DNA from: Planctomycetota bacterium
GTDB taxonomy: Bacteria; Planctomycetota; Phycisphaerae; SM23-33
Direction of reading: 5' to 3'
Length of the DNA: 64,000 nucleotides
Assembly: GCA_030635145.1 (NCBI GenBank)
Contig: DAOVZK010000004.1
Span: forward strand, 34,497 to 98,496
Within the stretch, counting starts at the first letter, position 1. Each line of letters opens with the position of its first letter. The notes under the pieces are model-generated. The model was given only the letters and a program-made list of their open reading frames with translations, was not told where the DNA came from and made no database searches. The position numbers and the translations under genes are program-made. Below, in pieces: positions 59,348-64,000 of the stretch.

Positions 59348-60682
59348 TTACTTTTTAACGCCGAAAGCTTCATTGTACCACATCTGCATTTCGTCGTCGC
59401 TGATGGCGGTGGTTCGGCCGGCTTCGTATTCTTCGTCCACGCGGTCGCGGATCGCCAGCAATCGGGCGTCGTCCTTGGGAACGTCGACCTGGAAGTTCGC
59501 TTCCAGCCAGTGTTTGATACCGGCGGCACCGGACTTGTCGGTAATCGCCACAACGATCGGGCGGCCGAGAATTTTTTGCGTATCGAACGCGGAATAAATT
59601 TCCTCGCTCTTGAGCAAACCGTCGGCATGAATCCCAGCCCGCGTCGTGTTGAAGTCTCGCCCGATGAACGGATAGTTCGTCGGCAGATCGAAACCGACTT
59701 CGTCGCTGAAATAGCGAGCGATTTCGGTGATGACTTTGTATTTCGGCTGCTTTTTCGAGGATTTGAGATCCGCAAGCTGTCCAGCCTCGATCACCATCGC
59801 CTCGAGCGGTGAGTTACCCGTTCGCTCGCCGATACCCATAAGGCTCGAGTTGCAGGCCGAGCATCCGTACAGCCACGCCGTCGTCGGATTTGCGATAACC
59901 TTGTGGAAATCGTTATGCCCGTGGAATTCCAGCAGCTCGCTGGGTACGCCCGCGTCGTGAATCATTCCGTGCACGAGCTTCGGAATCGATCGCGGTAAGG
60001 TTGCACGCGACCACGGAACACCGTAGCCCATCGTGTCGCAGAGCCGGATTTTGATATCGATGCCGCTTTCCTGTCGCAGCTTCATCAGCTCGATGGCGAA
60101 CGGCACGACAAAACCGTAGAAGTCTGCACGCGTGACGTCTTCAAAGTGGCATCGCGGGATGATGTTTTCGTCGAGGGCGGCGCGAACAACGTCTAAGTAC
60201 TGACCGAGCGCCTGGCGGCGATCTTTGTGCAGTTTCAGGAAAATGTGATAGTCGCTGCAGCTCGTTAAGATTCCGGTCTCGGGAAGTTTCATTTCCTTGA
60301 CGAGCTTGAAGTCGCTTTTGACGGCGCGGATCCAGCTGGTGATTTCGGGGAACCTGGCACCGACTTCGCGGCACTTGTCGACGGCTTCGCGGTCCTTTTT
60401 CGAGTAGAGGAAAAACTCGCTCTGCCGGATCAGCCCCGTGGAATTGTCCAGCTTGCTCATGAGCTTGTAGATGTCCACAATCTGCTGGACGGTATACGGC
60501 GGGCGAGCCTGCTGCCCGTCGCGGAACGTGGTGTCGGTGATCCAGAAATCCTTCGCTGGTTCAAGCGGAACATCGGCGTCCTCGAAAGTTATTTTCGGCA
60601 GCTCGACGTAGGGGAACATGTCCCGGTAGAGCTGGGGTTCGTCGATATTTTGTAGTTCGTAAGTTTTGGCCTGATCGGTCAT
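59348..60682 (-). CDS. DRE-TIM metallolyase, Re-citrate synthase-like
   Basis: EPQLYRDMFPY, ITDTTFRDGQQ, EFFLYSKKDR, TSWIRA, HGHNDF and GERTGN motifs, as in clostridial Re-citrate synthase. Confidence 0.8.
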   Translation of the reverse strand: MTDQAKTYELQNIDEPQLYRDMFPYVELPKITFEDADVPLEPAKDFWITDTTFRDGQQARPPYTVQQIVDIYKLMSKLDNSTGLIRQSEFFLYSKKDREAVDKCREVGARFPEITSWIRAVKSDFKLVKEMKLPETGILTSCSDYHIFLKLHKDRRQALGQYLDVVRAALDENIIPRCHFEDVTRADFYGFVVPFAIELMKLRQESGIDIKIRLCDTMGYGVPWSRATLPRSIPKLVHGMIHDAGVPSELLEFHGHNDFHKVIANPTTAWLYGCSACNSSLMGIGERTGNSPLEAMVIEAGQLADLKSSKKQPKYKVITEIARYFSDEVGFDLPTNYPFIGRDFNTTRAGIHADGLLKSEEIYSAFDTQKILGRPIVVAITDKSGAAGIKHWLEANFQVDVPKDDARLLAIRDRVDEEYEAGRTTAISDDEMQMWYNEAFGVKK

Positions 60683-60888
60683 TCTGATTTCATCCTTCTC
60701 TGTATCAGTTACGTTATATCTTAAGTTAAGCATCCCTTATGGACTCTTAGAGCCATTCCATTATAGGGAAATTCTCCGCAGTTGCAACCTGCTGGGGAAT
60801 ATCTTATGTGTCTGGCGGTGAAAATGACAGAATTCAAGATTGAGGCAATTGTCTCAAAGTATTGAAAACAAAAGAGATATGGCGGTTT

Positions 60889-61497
60889 TTAGAATTTTAC
60901 TTCGCCGCGTGCAAACATTTGGATTGCCTCGGGAAACGCCTCGCATTCCTGCTGAAACACCCGCGACGCCAAGTCGTCCGGGGTGTCTTCGGGGAGCACG
61001 GGGACGCTACGTTGCAGCACGATTGGGCCTTTGTCGTACTCGTTTGTGACAAAATGTACAGTACATCCGGATTCTGTCTCCCCAGCTGCGATGACCGCCT
61101 CGTGCACGTAATGCCCGAACATTCCCTGTCCGCCGAATTTCGGCAGCAGGGCAGGGTGGATGTTCATAACGCGGGATTCGTATTTCGGGGGGATTATCCA
61201 CATGCTCAGGAAGCCCGCCATTATCACAAGGTCGACGTCGGCGGCGTCCAGCAGTGCGGCGATTTTCTGCGAATATTCTTCCAGACGTTCCTCTCCGTAC
61301 TGCTTGTACTCCACGAGATGCACATCGAGCCCGGTGGCTTTGGAAACTTGGATACCCTTGCATTGGCGCGATGCGACAACGACGGCGACCTCGGCGTCGA
61401 GCGTACCGGCCTTGATTCTGTCGGTAATGTTCACCAGCGTCCGCCCCCCGCCCGACAGCAGTACACCGAGTCGCAATTTTTTTCCAGTATTGTTCAT
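60889..61497 (-). CDS. purN: Phosphoribosylglycinamide formyltransferase
   Basis: LSGGGRT, NIHPALLPKFGG, SGCTVHFV and YDKGPI motifs. Confidence 0.93.
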   Translation of the reverse strand: MNNTGKKLRLGVLLSGGGRTLVNITDRIKAGTLDAEVAVVVASRQCKGIQVSKATGLDVHLVEYKQYGEERLEEYSQKIAALLDAADVDLVIMAGFLSMWIIPPKYESRVMNIHPALLPKFGGQGMFGHYVHEAVIAAGETESGCTVHFVTNEYDKGPIVLQRSVPVLPEDTPDDLASRVFQQECEAFPEAIQMFARGEVKF

Positions 61498-61506
61498 TTT
61501 ATCGCA

Positions 61507-61575
61507 GTAGGGTCGGCCATTGCCGACCATTTTTAGTATACGGTCAATTTGTTGGTCGGCAATGGCCGACCCTAC
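61507..61575. repeat. GTAG-type REP doublet
   Basis: GTAGGGTCGGCCATTGCCGACCA ... TGGTCGGCAATGGCCGACCCTAC. Confidence 0.8.
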
Positions 61576-61578
61576 AAC

Positions 61579-64000
61579 TTACGCCTGTTGTTTAAGGGCG
61601 GCGGCGTCGCGGGCGGAAAGGTCGGGGTAGTCGCTGTCGGCTCCGACATCGGGGCGTCGCTTCCAGCTGCGTTCGCATCGCGGGTATTTTTCGCGCGTGT
61701 CGAGAACTTCAATGCCTACCATGTGGCCTTCGGGTGCCTCGCCGTCTTGCAATCTGGCGAACCCGACACCCAGCATGTCTTCCAGCTCAGGTAGATAGTC
61801 GTTGAGAAAGTTCGTGAGATTCGTTTTCTCGCTCGGGGCTGTCAACACAAGTTCCGTATCGAGCGGATTTTTCACGCCACCAGCGCGAATCGCTTCGAGC
61901 TTGATCAACGCCTCACCGCGGATATCCAATAACCGTTCCCACATCCATGCGGGACCCGGTTTGATGATCTCATCCGACGGAATGATATCGTCCGTTGCCG
62001 TCGGTGTCAGATCCTCGATCATGCGAATAACCTGCTCGTCGACCTCCGGTAACAGCGTAAGGTGCACCGACTCCGGAGCGTCGCTGTCCTTGTGCGGAAT
62101 ATGCTCCCACGCCTCTTCGCAAGTATGCGGAAGCACGGGCGCGAGCAATTTCACAAGCGTCAGCAGCAGTTCGCGAATGACGCCCTGCGTTGCCCGCCGC
62201 CGCGGAGAATTCGGTGCCTCACAATACAGCCGATCCTTGACGGCCGAAAGATACACGTTGCTGGCCTGCACGGTACAGAACTCGTAAATCAGCCGCATCG
62301 CACGGTGGAATTCATATTTATCGTAGGCTTCCCGAACGTCGCGAACGAGATATTGCAGCTGCATCTTCATCCACAGGTCGATGGAGTGCTGCGCCGGCTC
62401 GGCGGCGTCGGTTTTCGGGTTGTAGTCGTCGATCGAGCCCATGCAGAAGCGGATCGTGTTGCGAATTTTTCGATACGCATCCTCGGCCTGCGAGATAAGC
62501 GCCTCGCTGCAGCGGATGTCGTCCTGATAGTTTTGCGACGCGACCCACAGACGCAGGATATCGGCACCGCGTTTTTTCAGTTGGTCGCCGGGTTCGATGG
62601 TGTTGCCGAGCGACTTGCTCATTTTGTGGCCGTCTTCCGTTACGACAAATCCGTGTGTCAGGACAGTTTTGTACGGCGCGACACCGGCTGCTCCTAGGGC
62701 GGGCAGCAGCGACAGCTGGAACCATCCGCGGTGCTGGTCGGAACCTTCGAGATACATGTCGACGGGGATTTCGTCGATTAATCCGCGTGAGATCGCCACG
62801 GCAAACCAGCTCGAACCGCTTTCGAACCAGACGTCGAAAATATCGAAGCCTTTGCGAAGTTTGTCGATGGAAAAATCATCGGGATTCGAAACTTCCGGGT
62901 CGGCTGCCGGGTCGTAGTTCGCCAGCAACTTCTCGATGGGGTCGTTGTACCACGAGTCGGAGCCAAATTTTGCAAAAGTCTCACCAACTGCCCGTACGCT
63001 GGCGGCGGTGCAGAGCGGTTCGTCTTTTTCGTTGTAGAACGCCGGTATTGGCAAGCCCCACGCACGTTGTCGCGACAGGCACCAGTCGGGGCGCGTTTCG
63101 AGCATCCCGGCGATTCGATTTCTGCCCCAGCTGGGAATAAAATCCACTCCGCCGTTGGACTGATCTTTCGCACAGACATCCATCGCCATTTCGCGAAGGG
63201 TCTTACCGCTTTTTCGCAGCGGCCGATCGACACCGATAAACCATTGCTCGGTGGCACGAAAAATCGTCGGCGTCTTGCTCCGCCAATCGTGCGGATAACT
63301 GTGCGTTATCATTTCCGATGCCAGCAGTTCGCCACGCTCGCGCAGCAGCTCGATGACTTTCGGGTTGGCTTCCCACACGCTGAGACCCTGCATGAACTTC
63401 GGGGCAGTGTCGTCGTAGGTTCCGTCAGGTTTGACGGGACAGTAAATTTCGAGATCGTGTTTCAGGCCCGTGAAGTAGTCGTCCGTTCCGTGCCCCGGTG
63501 CCGTGTGCACCAGTCCCGTGCCGTCTTCCAGCGTGACATAGTCTGCACCGACGACGGGGCATTGCATTTGCGGGGTCAGCGGGTGGTTGTATTTGATTTC
63601 GGAATCGATGAGGGCCTGGCCCTTAAATTCGGCGACGATTTCGTGCGATTTGACGAACCCGGTTTTTTCACCATGGTTCTTTTCGACGGCCGCCAGCACA
63701 GCATCGCATCGCTCTTTCGCGACGATCCACCGCTGCGGACCGTCTGTAGTTTCAGCAGCGATTGTGACGTAGTCCATTTGCGGATGCACAGCTACGGCGC
63801 GGTTGGCGAGCAAAGTCCAGGGCGTGGTCGTCCAGACGATCAGCATCAGCTTGGTTTTGGTTTCGAGGACGTTTTTGACACCGTCGCAATTACCGGCGGT
63901 AACCTCGAAGCCGACGAAAACGCTGGGGTCTTGCCGGTCGTGATGTTCAAGTTCGGCATCGGCCAGTGCTGTGCGGTTGTCGATCGACCAGTGTACGGGT
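61579..64000 (-). CDS. ileS: Isoleucine--tRNA ligase (5' part outside the window)
   Basis: WTTTPWTL, DWCLSRQR, EGSDQHRGWF and KMSKS motifs; frame is open to the window end (PVHWSIDNRTALADAE). Confidence 0.95.
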   Translation of the reverse strand, partial: PVHWSIDNRTALADAELEHHDRQDPSVFVGFEVTAGNCDGVKNVLETKTKLMLIVWTTTPWTLLANRAVAVHPQMDYVTIAAETTDGPQRWIVAKERCDAVLAAVEKNHGEKTGFVKSHEIVAEFKGQALIDSEIKYNHPLTPQMQCPVVGADYVTLEDGTGLVHTAPGHGTDDYFTGLKHDLEIYCPVKPDGTYDDTAPKFMQGLSVWEANPKVIELLRERGELLASEMITHSYPHDWRSKTPTIFRATEQWFIGVDRPLRKSGKTLREMAMDVCAKDQSNGGVDFIPSWGRNRIAGMLETRPDWCLSRQRAWGLPIPAFYNEKDEPLCTAASVRAVGETFAKFGSDSWYNDPIEKLLANYDPAADPEVSNPDDFSIDKLRKGFDIFDVWFESGSSWFAVAISRGLIDEIPVDMYLEGSDQHRGWFQLSLLPALGAAGVAPYKTVLTHGFVVTEDGHKMSKSLGNTIEPGDQLKKRGADILRLWVASQNYQDDIRCSEALISQAEDAYRKIRNTIRFCMGSIDDYNPKTDAAEPAQHSIDLWMKMQLQYLVRDVREAYDKYEFHRAMRLIYEFCTVQASNVYLSAVKDRLYCEAPNSPRRRATQGVIRELLLTLVKLLAPVLPHTCEEAWEHIPHKDSDAPESVHLTLLPEVDEQVIRMIEDLTPTATDDIIPSDEIIKPGPAWMWERLLDIRGEALIKLEAIRAGGVKNPLDTELVLTAPSEKTNLTNFLNDYLPELEDMLGVGFARLQDGEAPEGHMVGIEVLDTREKYPRCERSWKRRPDVGADSDYPDLSARDAAALKQQA

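Noticed and set aside
61579-61690. Degenerate C-terminal Zn finger of IleRS (CERS...SARD)
   Set aside because: Loss of these Cys ligands is a known variation in IleRS and is not novel.

Overview
A 64 kb chromosomal window from a GC-rich anaerobic-type bacterium. The L28 sequence, DUF4175-like protein and Re-citrate synthase suggest Planctomycetota/Phycisphaerae, but this is inference only. Housekeeping genes are ybeY, rpmB, an EF-G paralog, pcrA, gnd, purN and a partial ileS. Other content includes a hypF C-terminal half and hypC separated by repeats and an AT-richer two-gene insert with a T5orf172/GIY-YIG gene, a PEP-CTERM-type exopolysaccharide locus (22-35 kb), a LarA-family gene, and a solute symporter locus with a Cache-PAS-PAS-CBS-nucleotidyltransferase fusion. 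The main signal is a selenium island at about 36.3-48.8 kb with selA, selB, selD and tRNA-Sec (selC). Three neighbouring ORFs that the ORF track ends at TGA appear to read through as selenoproteins. Two are paralogous secreted proteins of about 430-440 aa, with motifs FG-U-GGSLC and YG-U-GGTC. The third is a small membrane protein ending C-P-T-U-I. Each UGA is followed by a hairpin whose 5-nt loop begins 20-23 nt downstream, as expected for a bacterial SECIS. SelD carries extra Cys-rich regions and is in frame with an AhpD/CMD domain across a single TAA. The window also contains a candidate 80-nt anti-Shine-Dalgarno sRNA and several families of MITE/REP-like intergenic repeats.
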